64,000 bases of DNA from an uncultured virus (IMG/VR IMGVR_UViG_3300029305_009261) (IMGVR_UViG_3300029305_009261); one strand, 5' to 3'; shown: positions 8,814 to 19,416, counted from the first letter of the stretch. Numbers and translations are program-made. The notes: generated from the sequence alone by a model not told the origin.

Positions 8814-10202
8814 TTATTTTCTAGTTAAACGTTCAGCTCCTATTTTAGAAAGAGGACTACGAACAGTTTCTGTAACTTTGTCAAAGACTAATTGCGCTGC
8901 TAAATCACAGTTTCTCATGCGCTCTGCAGCAAAGTTTAATCCATTATTTAAACGGTCTAATTTGGAATTATCAATCTGGTCTGGGTCTCCACAAAGCACA
9001 ATCTTTGTTCCTTCTCCAGCTCGTGTAATAATCTCTAAAATTTGATTAACTGTAGAGTTCTGAGCTTCATCTACAATCAAATAGGTATTCGTTAAAGAAC
9101 GTCCTCTCATATAGGCAATGGAGGCGATTTCAATAATACCTGTCTCAAACATATCTTCTATCTGAATTTTTACCTGTTCTGGCTCTTCTCCATCAATCTT
9201 TAGAAGATTTTCTAAGTTATCCATAAATGGAGCAACTAATGGTCCCATCTTATCTTCTAAGCTTCCCGGTAAAAATCCAATATCAGCATCTGACAAGGTG
9301 TTGGTTCTCGTAATCATTAAACGGTCATAGTCTCCTTCCAGAACGGCGTCTAATCCTGCTGCCAAAGAAAGAAATGTTTTTGCGGTACCTGCATTTCCTC
9401 GTAAAATGACTAAAGGAATTTCATCGGCTGGAGCCATTAACGCATCTAATGCCATTCTCTGTCCAAGATTTCTTGCATGAATTTTCATAGGAGAGGCATT
9501 TTTATCAATAAGTATAAACTCTTTCTTAGGAGTATAACGACAGGTAATAAGACTGTCAGAATCCTTAGAAATAAAGGTAATATATTCGTTAATTTCCGGC
9601 AAAGTATCTTCTGTAAAATATTTCTCTAATTGTAAGTTATTAAATCCAAGATTGATTTCATGAAATAATTGAGTCATGTCTTTTTCAGGAATTTCAACCT
9701 CTCTACGGCCCAAATAAGTGCTTTCTTCTTCAATCTGTTCATTCTTATATCCTTGAACCTCTAATTCACAAACAAGGGCATTGATTCTCATTGAAATATC
9801 GTTTGTAATTAAAATAACAGGCTCTTTGGAAGATTTTTTGATAGAGATGGTAGTGTTAATGATTCGGTTATCCGGATGCTCTAAAGAATATCCTTTTGGA
9901 AGATAATTCTCAGAGGTTCCGTTAGGTTCAATACGAAAAGTTCCATAACTATGTCCTTTTTTATTGATAGTAATTCCGGTTAATAATGATTCTTTCTCTG
10001 AGGCATTGATTGCTAAAGAAAAAATAACTCGAATTGCTTCTCTTGCTTTAAACCCTAATTCTCCGGGAGCACTTTTCTTTCTGTCTAATTCCTGTAATGT
10101 TGTTGCAGTAAGAACTACATGATTGTCAGCAAAACCAAAAATTGCATTCGGACTTTGAAGTAAAATATTAGTGTCTAATACATAAATCTTCTTTTTTGTC
10201 AT
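8814..10202 (-). CDS. phoH: PIN domain + PhoH ATPase (PhoH2/YlaK-like)
   Basis: VLDTN...ELD...TND PIN; GNAGTAKT, GFLPG, MRGRS, IVDEAQN and GDPDQID PhoH motifs. Confidence 0.93.
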   Translation of the reverse strand: MTKKKIYVLDTNILLQSPNAIFGFADNHVVLTATTLQELDRKKSAPGELGFKAREAIRVIFSLAINASEKESLLTGITINKKGHSYGTFRIEPNGTSENYLPKGYSLEHPDNRIINTTISIKKSSKEPVILITNDISMRINALVCELEVQGYKNEQIEEESTYLGRREVEIPEKDMTQLFHEINLGFNNLQLEKYFTEDTLPEINEYITFISKDSDSLITCRYTPKKEFILIDKNASPMKIHARNLGQRMALDALMAPADEIPLVILRGNAGTAKTFLSLAAGLDAVLEGDYDRLMITRTNTLSDADIGFLPGSLEDKMGPLVAPFMDNLENLLKIDGEEPEQVKIQIEDMFETGIIEIASIAYMRGRSLTNTYLIVDEAQNSTVNQILEIITRAGEGTKIVLCGDPDQIDNSKLDRLNNGLNFAAERMRNCDLAAQLVFDKVTETVRSPLSKIGAERLTRK

Positions 10203-10214
10203 AAAGTTAGCTCC

Positions 10215-10652
10215 TTATCTGGTCATTTGAGAAAAGTTTTTGGATTCGAAGAAAGATTGTTCATAAGCCTGCTGTAATCGCTCTTTATCTGCTTGTGCAA
10301 CTTTTTCCATACGATTTAAAAGCTCTTGAGCTTGTTTTAAATTTTGTTTATATTGGTCAAGACTCCAATGAAAGTTAATATATTCTTCTAAATATTGATT
10401 TCCAAATCTTTTAAGCATAAAAAGAGCATAGGCGTCTTTGGCTTTATTGGGAGAAAAATATTCTTGTGAAGTGCAAGAGATAGTATAGTCATAAAGAGTA
10501 ATACTTCCAAACCCTTTTATTAAATAGAGAATACCTTCTCCACAAGAAGAGTTGGCTGGAATTTTGTAAATTTTCTCTATAGGTCTTGGATTTTCAAAAC
10601 AAAATTCGTTAATTGCTTCTATATCTTCATTCGTTAATTGCTCTATATACAT
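10215..10652 (-). CDS. Hypothetical protein, paralog family A (tail SQMTR)
   Basis: YIEQLTNEDI...FMLKRFGNQYL. Confidence 0.75.
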   Translation of the reverse strand: MYIEQLTNEDIEAINEFCFENPRPIEKIYKIPANSSCGEGILYLIKGFGSITLYDYTISCTSQEYFSPNKAKDAYALFMLKRFGNQYLEEYINFHWSLDQYKQNLKQAQELLNRMEKVAQADKERLQQAYEQSFFESKNFSQMTR

Positions 10653-10679
10653 GAATAGGTGTCCTTTCTTATCATTGGA

Positions 10680-11342
10680 TTATCTAAATAAAAATGACCG
10701 CTGTACAGCAAAATTTTCAAAATATTGACGGTCAAATCTAGTTTGCCCTGTAGAAAGGTCATGGTTAAAATTTCTAAGAGCTGTTTCTGCCAAATCTTTG
10801 GTTTTGTAAATTTCTAATGGCTCATAATTAAAACCATCTACTGCCCATTCTAATTGATATTCTGTATTTCCAAATGGACTACTTGGGAAAATAGGAGTAA
10901 CTCTGGTAGTTATTTTTTCTTTATTTACAATAGCATAAGGCTTGTCTAATACAATTATCTCTATGAATTCAGGAATTGGGCTGTTCTGTTCGGAAATGGT
11001 TTCTTCTATTGATTCTTCTGAGTCTTCCTCTTCTGCAGCTTGAGCTTCTAAAAATTCCTGTTCCATTTCTTTATATTCACTAATATAGCCTTCTAGCTCA
11101 TCCTTTGTCATCTGAGAATCACAATCTGAGGCAATAATGGAAGCAATTTGCTCTCCAATATATTCTGCCATCTCATAAGAAGAAAGATTTTTTACTAAAG
11201 TCACCTCTTTCTCTTCTTTTGTACTATCTAAAGTGGCAATAATAGAAAAGGTATGATTGTTAAAGGGGTCTTTGGTTGTTTTAATGGTAATTGCAATTAA
11301 ATATTCTTGGTTGATAGTAACTCCAGCAACAGATAATAACAT
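10680..11342 (-). CDS. Hypothetical protein (tail SFLFR)
   Basis: 220 aa ORF with acidic linker. Confidence 0.7.
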   Translation of the reverse strand: MLLSVAGVTINQEYLIAITIKTTKDPFNNHTFSIIATLDSTKEEKEVTLVKNLSSYEMAEYIGEQIASIIASDCDSQMTKDELEGYISEYKEMEQEFLEAQAAEEEDSEESIEETISEQNSPIPEFIEIIVLDKPYAIVNKEKITTRVTPIFPSSPFGNTEYQLEWAVDGFNYEPLEIYKTKDLAETALRNFNHDLSTGQTRFDRQYFENFAVQRSFLFR

Positions 11343-11354
11343 ATTTTTTTCTCC

Positions 11355-11795
11355 TTATCGTGTGATTTGTGGATTCTGTCTTACTTCAGACAATATATCT
11401 AGTTCTTGTTGAGCTTTGATATTGTCGTAAATCTCGCCAGCAATTTTTTTAGCAGCTTCTAAATCTTTGGCAGCTTTTTCATATTGTTTTTGATATTCAT
11501 TTACAGAAGCTCCATCTATTGCTAAATCAAGTAAATATTTATCTCCAAAACGTTCGGCCATATATAAAATATATACATCATAAATTTTTAAGCCATTGGC
11601 AAACTTTTTCATTGGAGTAGAATTTTGATAAATATCAAAATCATGCAAAACAAAACTCTTTAGATTTGAAAGGTCAACGATTATTTTATTCTCAAATCCA
11701 GTATGAATTGTGTCTATTTCAGCAGAACTGTTAAATAAAAGATGATAAATGTTTTGAATATCGTCTTCGGTTAATTGGTCAATGTATTTACTCAT
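11355..11795 (-). CDS. Hypothetical protein, family A (tail PQITR)
   Basis: YIDQLTEDDI...YMAERFGDKYL. Confidence 0.75.
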   Translation of the reverse strand: MSKYIDQLTEDDIQNIYHLLFNSSAEIDTIHTGFENKIIVDLSNLKSFVLHDFDIYQNSTPMKKFANGLKIYDVYILYMAERFGDKYLLDLAIDGASVNEYQKQYEKAAKDLEAAKKIAGEIYDNIKAQQELDILSEVRQNPQITR

Positions 11796-11839
11796 AATAG
11801 CAGCTCCAAATTGAAAATACTTGTAATTATTTTTAGAAT

Positions 11840-12280
11840 CTAAGATAATTTTATGGGTCCATTGAAAAGAGAAGTAAAATCAAAATCATTGTAATATTCT
11901 AATAATTTTTCTTCTTCTGCTTTTGCTTCCTTTTGAACCTCACTTAATTTATCTAAAGCTTCTTCTACTTTATTTTTATAATAATTTACATGGGTTTTTG
12001 ATTCTGTATAGGCTTTTAAGTATAAAGTACCAAATTTATATGCCATATAAGCAGAGAAAGCTTTAGAAGCATCTTCTTTTAAATGACAGCCATAGGCGTT
12101 ACGAAACTCATAATCTCGAATTTGAAGTTCATTTCCATTTACTGTACGAACTAAGATATAGTCTGAAGTTGAATTGTTAGAAAGAGGATGATGAATTTTT
12201 TCTATTTCTTCCGGAGTTTCTACACATATCTTCATTAATAACTCAATATCTTCGTCTGTTAAATACTCTATATAACTCAT
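11840..12280 (-). CDS. Hypothetical protein, family A
   Basis: YIEYLTDEDI...YMAYKFGTLYL. Confidence 0.75.
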   Translation of the reverse strand: MSYIEYLTDEDIELLMKICVETPEEIEKIHHPLSNNSTSDYILVRTVNGNELQIRDYEFRNAYGCHLKEDASKAFSAYMAYKFGTLYLKAYTESKTHVNYYKNKVEEALDKLSEVQKEAKAEEEKLLEYYNDFDFTSLFNGPIKLS

Positions 12281-12324
12281 TGCAACTCCTATTTCTTTGA
12301 AAATACTTAGAGAAAAACTAAAGA

Positions 12325-13068
12325 TTATCTGGTAAGTGTTGGCTGTTCGCTATTCTCTTCCTGAATACCTTGCCGTTTGTCTTTATATTCTCTGCTAAGA
12401 ACTACTAATCCTCGATATTCTTCATAAGAGTCAATCGGGACATATTTTCCTTCATGAACTAAAAAGCACTGCTCGTTTCGGGCCATTTCATATTCATTCG
12501 CAGAAATAACAATATAGGTATCTACACCAAGCTCTTTGCTATGCTCTTGAATCACCTTAAATAGATACTCTTTCAGGTCAACAATGTTATCGACAGACAG
12601 TCCACTATCAATGGCATCTAATAGAATCCAACGTTCTTTGATAGGTTCTTCCGGAGCTTCTTCTTTTACGCCATATGCAGTTCTCATAGATTGTTCCAGC
12701 TTTGAACGTTTTCTGGATTCGCCAGTTTTAATAAAATGGCCTAATTTAGATGCAAGCTTTCCCATATTCATAACAATGTTTTCACCTTCGGAAGAACACA
12801 TCGCTGTAGCTCCAAAAGCAATATCTCCATAAAACATTGCTTCTGATATAGAACTACTACCACCTTCATGTAAATTGTCATAATAAATGCATGGGATTTT
12901 CTTTTCTTTTAATTTTGCTTCGATTTGATGCAACATGGTTGTTTTTCCAATACCATTACATCCGACAAGAACAGTTACTCCTGACTTTAAGGAAATATCT
13001 TTCTTTTTGTAAAGAGGTTCATCTTCGTTATAATAGTCATTAATTAAATGAAATCGTCTACTCGCCAT
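12325..13068 (-). CDS. ABC-type P-loop ATPase (tail QPTLTR)
   Basis: Walker A GCNGIGKTT, SSEGE signature-like, Walker B ILLDAID; SD AGGAG before ATG 13068. Confidence 0.8.
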   Translation of the reverse strand: MASRRFHLINDYYNEDEPLYKKKDISLKSGVTVLVGCNGIGKTTMLHQIEAKLKEKKIPCIYYDNLHEGGSSSISEAMFYGDIAFGATAMCSSEGENIVMNMGKLASKLGHFIKTGESRKRSKLEQSMRTAYGVKEEAPEEPIKERWILLDAIDSGLSVDNIVDLKEYLFKVIQEHSKELGVDTYIVISANEYEMARNEQCFLVHEGKYVPIDSYEEYRGLVVLSREYKDKRQGIQEENSEQPTLTR

Positions 13069-13085
13069 ATATAATTCTCCTATAG

Positions 13086-13736
13086 TTACATTGTCATTTG
13101 TGGTGATACTAGTTTTGGTGCTCTGTTTTCCGGGAGAAGACATCTTTCTGGATACTCTTTAATCCAAGCCTGAAGTTTCTCCTCGTCAACATAATAGTTT
13201 CTAAAATTACGAGCAATTATATGCTGAAGGTCTTCGTCTAAGGTTTCGTATAAATCATAACCAAATCCATTTCGAATCAAGGCTTCTAATTCTTCTTTTG
13301 TAAAATCAGTTGACTCTAAAAGAGTACTAAGTCGTTCTTGAATAACTGGATATCCTTTGTTATAGGCAGCAGTAATTACACCAAGGTTCTCTCTAGTGTA
13401 TTTGAAAGAAAAAATTTCAAGGGACATGTTATCGAAAATTGCTTTTTGTTCTAAAATTTCTTTTTCAATGTCTTTCCACTTTGCGATTAACAAAGCTTTT
13501 GCTGAAAATTCACATTCTGTGATAAAACGGTCATCATCTTTATAAGAAAAAGCAAATGTAAAACTTCCCCATTCCGGGATAACAGTACAAGTAATCTCAT
13601 TACTTAACTGAAAAGAAGAAGGGCCTATATTTAAAGATTTCATTCTCTGCTTGATTTGGTCGATTTTAGCATCGATTACTGCCTTTTGATATTCGGCATA
13701 AGGTTTAACAAAAGAAATTCTATGTTCTAATTCCAT
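13086..13736 (-). CDS. Hypothetical protein (tail PQMTM)
   Basis: 216 aa ORF. Confidence 0.7.
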   Translation of the reverse strand: MELEHRISFVKPYAEYQKAVIDAKIDQIKQRMKSLNIGPSSFQLSNEITCTVIPEWGSFTFAFSYKDDDRFITECEFSAKALLIAKWKDIEKEILEQKAIFDNMSLEIFSFKYTRENLGVITAAYNKGYPVIQERLSTLLESTDFTKEELEALIRNGFGYDLYETLDEDLQHIIARNFRNYYVDEEKLQAWIKEYPERCLLPENRAPKLVSPQMTM

Positions 13737-13771
13737 GGATTTATTCTCACTTTCTTTATTCTCTTTTTTTT

Positions 13772-14353
13772 TTATCTCATGAATGGTCGAATTTGTTGAG
13801 CTTCTAAAATCGAAAGCTCTCTGGTCTTATTATTTCGGATGGTTACATAATCATGGTCCTCTAAAAGGTCTCTTGCTCTATCTTTTGCTCGTTTTTCTGT
13901 AGAACAAGTAAATTTATATAATTCAATGTTTTTACCATCTTCATCAGATGGGTAAACGTCATATCCTTGCCAATTAAAGTCTTCTAAATGTTGATGGACA
14001 TAATGATTACTTTCTACAATAAAGTCAGCTAATAAAAGCCCCATGGTTCTCATAGCTTCGTGATTGTCAGACAATGTTTTAAATGTACCAAGAGAATACG
14101 CTTTATCATCTTCTTCTGAAAAGTGCGCATTTAAATACTCATCATCTTCTCGATGAAGATATAAATCTAAATAAATTCCTTCACTTCCGCCATATGATAA
14201 ATGACTCTCTATATGGAATTCTTCTGTAGGAATAGGTAATTCTTTTCTTGTGGGTAAAGCATAGTCTAAAATAGCAGGATATTCTCCTTTTTCTTTAAGA
14301 ACATCACAAATGGTGTTAAAAAATTCAGTAGTAGTAAATGGTGTTTTTCTCAT
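13772..14353 (-). CDS. Hypothetical protein (tail RPFMR)
   Basis: 193 aa ORF with GGSEGIYLD motif. Confidence 0.75.
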   Translation of the reverse strand: MRKTPFTTTEFFNTICDVLKEKGEYPAILDYALPTRKELPIPTEEFHIESHLSYGGSEGIYLDLYLHREDDEYLNAHFSEEDDKAYSLGTFKTLSDNHEAMRTMGLLLADFIVESNHYVHQHLEDFNWQGYDVYPSDEDGKNIELYKFTCSTEKRAKDRARDLLEDHDYVTIRNNKTRELSILEAQQIRPFMR

Positions 14354-14384
14354 ATATAAACCTTATTTCTATTTAGAAAATTCT

Positions 14385-14741
14385 TTATAAGTGATATGCT
14401 TGCATTTGCTCTCGTTCCGCCTCTGCTTCTGCAATCTGTTCTTCAATATATTCTTCATAAATGGCGTATTCTTTAAGAACAGTTTGAATTTCTTTATCAG
14501 TAGCCTGTTCTAAGAAACAGTCAGCAGCAATTGCTTTAATGTCTGATTCACTTAAATCGTCTCGATGACTAAGTTTTGGAATCTGTACCGTACCTAATGT
14601 CTTTTGACCAAATTGAATCATTACTGTAGATTTTTTAGAAGAGACATAACGATAATCTTCTTCCATTGTTGGGATGACTTCAATAAAAGTTTCTGTTAAG
14701 AATCCTTTGATTTCATGTTTTTCTGTATCAGTTAAATACAT
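14385..14741 (-). CDS. Hypothetical protein
   Basis: 118 aa ORF. Confidence 0.7.
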   Translation of the reverse strand: MYLTDTEKHEIKGFLTETFIEVIPTMEEDYRYVSSKKSTVMIQFGQKTLGTVQIPKLSHRDDLSESDIKAIAADCFLEQATDKEIQTVLKEYAIYEEYIEEQIAEAEAEREQMQAYHL

Positions 14742-14766
14742 AATAAAAAGTCCTTTATGGTTGGAA

Positions 14767-15078
14767 TTACATAGTTAATTGAGGAGGATAAATTTCTAGA
14801 TACTTGTCTTTAACCTGTTCCCAATATTCTTTAGCATCTTGCAGTTGCTTAATTAGACCGTCGGCCCAATACAAATCAAACGTTAAGTCATTTTTTACGG
14901 AAAATAAAAATCCATCATCTTCTGCTAAAATTTCAAACAAAGGATTTTTAGGTCCTCTAGGGATAATTCGAACTGCATGACAGGCATGTCCATCATAAAT
15001 AACTAAATCTTCTTCTTTTAATCGCTGTAAATATTCTTTTGTGTATTCTTGATTTGGAGCGAATCTTGTGTAGCTCAT
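14767..15078 (-). CDS. Hypothetical protein (tail PQLTM)
   Basis: 103 aa ORF. Confidence 0.7.
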   Translation of the reverse strand: MSYTRFAPNQEYTKEYLQRLKEEDLVIYDGHACHAVRIIPRGPKNPLFEILAEDDGFLFSVKNDLTFDLYWADGLIKQLQDAKEYWEQVKDKYLEIYPPQLTM

Positions 15079-15082
15079 GGGA

Positions 15083-15913
15083 CTATCTCCTTTCTTTTTG
15101 TACGTAGCAAATTACATCTTTTTCTACAGCTTTGATGGTTTGCGGAAGAATGTCAGAAGTTTTTACCCGATATATCCTGTTTAAACGAGGATTAAATACA
15201 CCAAGAGTCGTAATCTCTTTATATATCTCTAATCCAGAATGTTTCCCCATAATGTAATACATTAAAAGCTGTAAGCTATGGGTTTGGTTGATGTCATAAC
15301 GGGAAGTTTTCATCTCCCAAATGGTGTCTTTTGTTAAAAAGTCCCCATCACCACAATCTACTGTTTCTGTATATCCGGAAACTTTAGAATCTACTCCTTC
15401 AAACGTAAACCCATCTGCAATCAGAGGCCCATATGTAGAAAAGAAATCTAAGGTTCGATTTACCATAATACGTATGTTTTCTATGGTCTCTTCGTTCGGG
15501 ATTACTTTTGTCATATCAATTGGCTGACAGGCAGCATCCGGAACTCTGGCACTTGCATCATATAATACAAGCTGACAGGTTGCTATAATAGAAGCATCAT
15601 CTAATCCGCTAATTTGAGTTAATAGTTTTTTTATGGGAAATTCTTTTCGACTTCGTCTTTTTCCTTCCTGCTTCCGGATAAGTTGCCGAATACCAGCTCC
15701 TTCAATAGGAACAGAAAAGGCTAGTAACTTATTTCCGGTCAGCATATAGCGTGATAAATAATCAATCACTAGTCCCATAATAGACGGATGAATGTTTTCT
15801 GTTCTGGAAAGAGTATGTCCATCTTCTAATTGTCTGTATTTAAATTGACTTACCGGAAGATAACCATGGTCCGGTTGAACAATTTCTTTAATTCGTTGTG
15901 TTACTGAGCTCAT
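15083..15913 (-). CDS. PD-(D/E)xK nuclease-like protein
   Basis: GDGDFL...IWEMKTS...LQLLMY pattern typical of Cas4/RecB-like folds. Confidence 0.6.
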   Translation of the reverse strand: MSSVTQRIKEIVQPDHGYLPVSQFKYRQLEDGHTLSRTENIHPSIMGLVIDYLSRYMLTGNKLLAFSVPIEGAGIRQLIRKQEGKRRSRKEFPIKKLLTQISGLDDASIIATCQLVLYDASARVPDAACQPIDMTKVIPNEETIENIRIMVNRTLDFFSTYGPLIADGFTFEGVDSKVSGYTETVDCGDGDFLTKDTIWEMKTSRYDINQTHSLQLLMYYIMGKHSGLEIYKEITTLGVFNPRLNRIYRVKTSDILPQTIKAVEKDVICYVQKERR

Positions 15914-15916
15914 AAA

Positions 15917-16675
15917 TTATATACCTCGTGAGAAGGAAACGGGAAACTCTTCCTCTAATGTAGCATCTTCTGTTGTGACGTCTTCAGAATTACATTCTTT
16001 TTCTGGATGTTTTTTAAAATAGTAGTCGATATAATCTTTTAATGTTTTGGTGGAATTATACTGCAACCATTGATTAACGGCTTGCTTAGAAACCCCTAAC
16101 GCTTCTGCTACATCTGACTGCGTTTTACAAGGGATTCCTTTGTGAGTTGGTGTATGAAAATAATAATCAATATACTCTTTCTCTGTAGTTCCGGGATGTT
16201 GTCGTATCCATCCACAGATAGATGACTTTCCACATTTTAATAAATTTGCTAACTCTGAAATATTTTTATAAACATATCCATTATGACGAAAATATCCAAC
16301 ACCATTATTCTGAAGATATTCTTCATAAGTAGAATCTTTTAATTGAAAGTCTATATATTCAGTAATACAATGATGGGGATGTCGTGATAACCAATGACGA
16401 GCAGAAGTTACTGCGACTAATAATTTTTTAGATAAATCTTCTGGACTAACAAAAGTAATACCTCGATAGGTTGCAGGTTGTTTTTTTGTAAAACCATTCT
16501 TACAATATTCTTCATATGTCAAATGTCCTAAACGAAAATCAATAAAATCTTCTATCGTATGATTATCTCTATTTACATAATTGGTTGCAGCCGAAACATT
16601 ACAACCTAATTTTTGAGATAAATCTCGAAAACTAGTCCAAGTAATTTCTCGATATGTTCCAGAAATTGGGTTCAT
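15917..16675 (-). CDS. Protein of about four repeated HTH-like units
   Basis: Repeats ending T..EYIDF/YF; last unit QSDVAEALGVSKQAVNQWL. Confidence 0.65.
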   Translation of the reverse strand: MNPISGTYREITWTSFRDLSQKLGCNVSAATNYVNRDNHTIEDFIDFRLGHLTYEEYCKNGFTKKQPATYRGITFVSPEDLSKKLLVAVTSARHWLSRHPHHCITEYIDFQLKDSTYEEYLQNNGVGYFRHNGYVYKNISELANLLKCGKSSICGWIRQHPGTTEKEYIDYYFHTPTHKGIPCKTQSDVAEALGVSKQAVNQWLQYNSTKTLKDYIDYYFKKHPEKECNSEDVTTEDATLEEEFPVSFSRGI

Positions 16676-16678
16676 AAG

Positions 16679-17200
16679 TTACTCCTTTTTTGGTCTATCT
16701 GTGGAACCTTCTCCACCATTACGGATACCATCAGCTTCGTCATCTTCTGTAATTCCAAATGGAAGAAAAATTCCCTGAGCAATGCCGGAACCTGCTCTTA
16801 CTTCTAAAGTTTTACCTTCATTACTATCGTTAGTAAGCTTTAAGAAAATGTGGCCTTCATTGTCGGAATTATAATAATCCGCATCAATGATTCCTACAGT
16901 GTTATTTAACTGTAAACGATACTTAAATCCTAAACCACTTCTTGGGAATGCCATAAGAACCCAAAAATCATCCATTTTAGCACGGATACCAGTTGGAATC
17001 TTAATGGTTTCTCCCGGATGTAAGGTAAAATCACATGGGCTATAAAAATCATAACCTGCAGAGCCTTTGGTAGCTCGCTTTGGTAATTTTAAACCTTCAT
17101 AAGCTTCTCTGGCACTTAACTCATCAAATCCAAAAGCGTCATACCAAGCATTAAAAAATTGAGTTTCACTTACTTTTTCAAATTTTGCGATACGATTCAT
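16679..17200 (-). CDS. dut: Trimeric dUTPase
   Basis: GSAGYD, PRSGLG, GIIDADY, AQGIF and RNGGEGST motifs. Confidence 0.95.
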   Translation of the reverse strand: MNRIAKFEKVSETQFFNAWYDAFGFDELSAREAYEGLKLPKRATKGSAGYDFYSPCDFTLHPGETIKIPTGIRAKMDDFWVLMAFPRSGLGFKYRLQLNNTVGIIDADYYNSDNEGHIFLKLTNDSNEGKTLEVRAGSGIAQGIFLPFGITEDDEADGIRNGGEGSTDRPKKE

Positions 17201-17206
17201 AGTATA

Positions 17207-18163
17207 TTACTCCTTATTTGGGTGATATTTTTGCAAATACTCTTGATATTCTTCATTGGATTTGTAATAAAAAATGCCATTTATAACATCTTCTTCTGTC
17301 ATATCAAGAGATAGTTGAAGAGCAGTATATTTTAGTCCACGGCTCGTCCAATCTTGTAAATTCTTGTAATAAATATCTATAAAATTCTTCATGCAAGGGT
17401 AGGTCTGAGGGATGATGCTTAAGTCAAAACCAAACATTCCACCTATATGGACAACAGTACAATTTTCTAATAAAAGAGGTTCAACATTTAAAAATTTATA
17501 TTCTGCTTCTTTTTCAGGGGTGTCAAACACTTTTGTATAAGAAAGATATCTTTCAAGGTGAAATAATGTAAATGCATTAAATACAAAACGAATAGATTTT
17601 GCTTCTGCATTCTTAAAATAATCCCAAAATTTGTTTGGAAATTGATAAAATGTAATATCATCCACAATAATCACAGATGACCTTTTTGAGTTTTCTTTCC
17701 ATAAAAGATGAAGTAGTGATAATAATTGTCTTCCAAATTGTTGATTGATTTTATCTGGCAACGTACAATCAAAGAAGCATAATTGATTTTCAAAAAAGAT
17801 TGCAATTTCTGAATTCTCAGGAATTTCTAACATGTCCTCTATTAAATGGTCCCAAGTGTATTCTTCTAAACAAATGGTAGTTACTATATAGCCAGAAGCC
17901 ATAAGCTCATCTTTCATATAGTCATATTCTCTTTCTCGGGAAAATACAAAAATACTTTCCTTATTCTTCATTGCTCTCTCAATTTCTGAAAAACAACCAC
18001 TGACCGTTTTTCCTGCACCGGAAGCTCCAGTGAATAAAATGTTTTTCTTTTTTGATATATTGGGAATTCCAGAAAGCACTGGATTCTCAAAAGAAATTTT
18101 TCCATGATTTTCTCCGTCATAAGAGGCAGGCTTTTTAAATTTTTGAAATAACTTACGAATCAT
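17207..18163 (-). CDS. Divergent P-loop ATPase, VirD4/TraG-like fragment
   Basis: NILFTGASGAGKT, IIVDD Walker B; SD GGAGG before ATG 18163. Confidence 0.5.
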   Translation of the reverse strand: MIRKLFQKFKKPASYDGENHGKISFENPVLSGIPNISKKKNILFTGASGAGKTVSGCFSEIERAMKNKESIFVFSREREYDYMKDELMASGYIVTTICLEEYTWDHLIEDMLEIPENSEIAIFFENQLCFFDCTLPDKINQQFGRQLLSLLHLLWKENSKRSSVIIVDDITFYQFPNKFWDYFKNAEAKSIRFVFNAFTLFHLERYLSYTKVFDTPEKEAEYKFLNVEPLLLENCTVVHIGGMFGFDLSIIPQTYPCMKNFIDIYYKNLQDWTSRGLKYTALQLSLDMTEEDVINGIFYYKSNEEYQEYLQKYHPNKE

Positions 18164-18197
18164 ATGATTCCTCCGTAAATTTATATTCAACATAGGC

Positions 18198-19416
18198 TTA
18201 TTGTCGTTGTAAGATTCTTGCAACTATTTTGTTGCAAATAGCAACGGCTTTTGTTCCATCAGAGTAATACCAATTCGTATCACTTTTACCACAGGATAAA
18301 TTGTATTTATATCCTGTAGAATGAGTTCCTAAAGATACACCAGAGACATAATAATTTCCATTTTTGCGACCACAAGAACAATTGCTATATCCATTATGAG
18401 TTCCTTGTGTTTGTCCACAAGTATTACATTTATAAACGGTATAAATACCCGGACCATAACGTTCTCCACAAGTAGGACAATTAGTATAAGCATCGTCATC
18501 TGTGCTGTAATGTGTCCATCCTGAAGAGGAAGAAGAACTTGTATTAGTACAAGTTACAGAATAACCACTCCCCTTATAACAACCGCCATAGGTTGAATCA
18601 GTTCCGGTATGAACGTGTCTTGTTGGATATTCTGGAATTCCACTTTTTCCTGTACAGGTTTGAGTATATTTTTTAACTATTTGAGAACAAGAATTTGGAA
18701 GGCTTCCAGAATATATACTGTTTTGAGAACAAAAATGACTTCCATTTACAGTAGTTGTACTTCCACAGGAACTACAAGTATAATGACTAAGACTTATACT
18801 ACCGCCACAACAGCCCATATAAGAGCTTGAAGAATTTGAATAGGAATAACTTCCTCCACAGGTGCCTGTATATTCTTCTCCTTGATAACAGCCACCTTGT
18901 ACGGTAGGTTTTCCTATGTGTGTATGAGGGACTTCAGGTGAAAATAAAGCTCCTTCTTCTATTCCACAGTTTAATTCATAGTAAGAAACAGAAACATTAT
19001 GGATATTATTTGTTGAGTCATAATAGGTAGTTCCGCCTCCTCCATATCCACAACCGCCACAACCGGGGCTATAAGAGGCAATAAGTATTTTTGTTCCACA
19101 TTTAGAACAATAAGCATAATAGTCTATATATTCTCCGCAATATCCATGGTTGTTGCAGTAAGAAGAACCTCTTTCCTGAGTTTGAGCACCTACGTTAATT
19201 GTACCTCCACATATTCCAGTGATATAGGCTCCTTTATAACAACCACCATACGTCGAAGGAGTTCCCGTGTGGGTGTGAGAAGATAAAAAGCAATCTTTAG
19301 AATGCTCGTGAGTACTAGCTTTAGAAGTCGCTACCCCCCCCCGAAAAATTGTCAAATATTGTTAAAAAACATAATAATAAGGCTAAAAATATAGCAATTT
19401 TACGATTTTTCTTCAT
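18198..19416 (-). CDS. Secreted Cys/His-rich repeat protein, frameshifted at a G9 tract
   Basis: Signal peptide MKKNRKIAIFLALLLCFL from ATG 19416 is out of frame with the 385 aa body; three HxHxG-x4-GGCY repeats and CxxC pairs. Confidence 0.75.
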
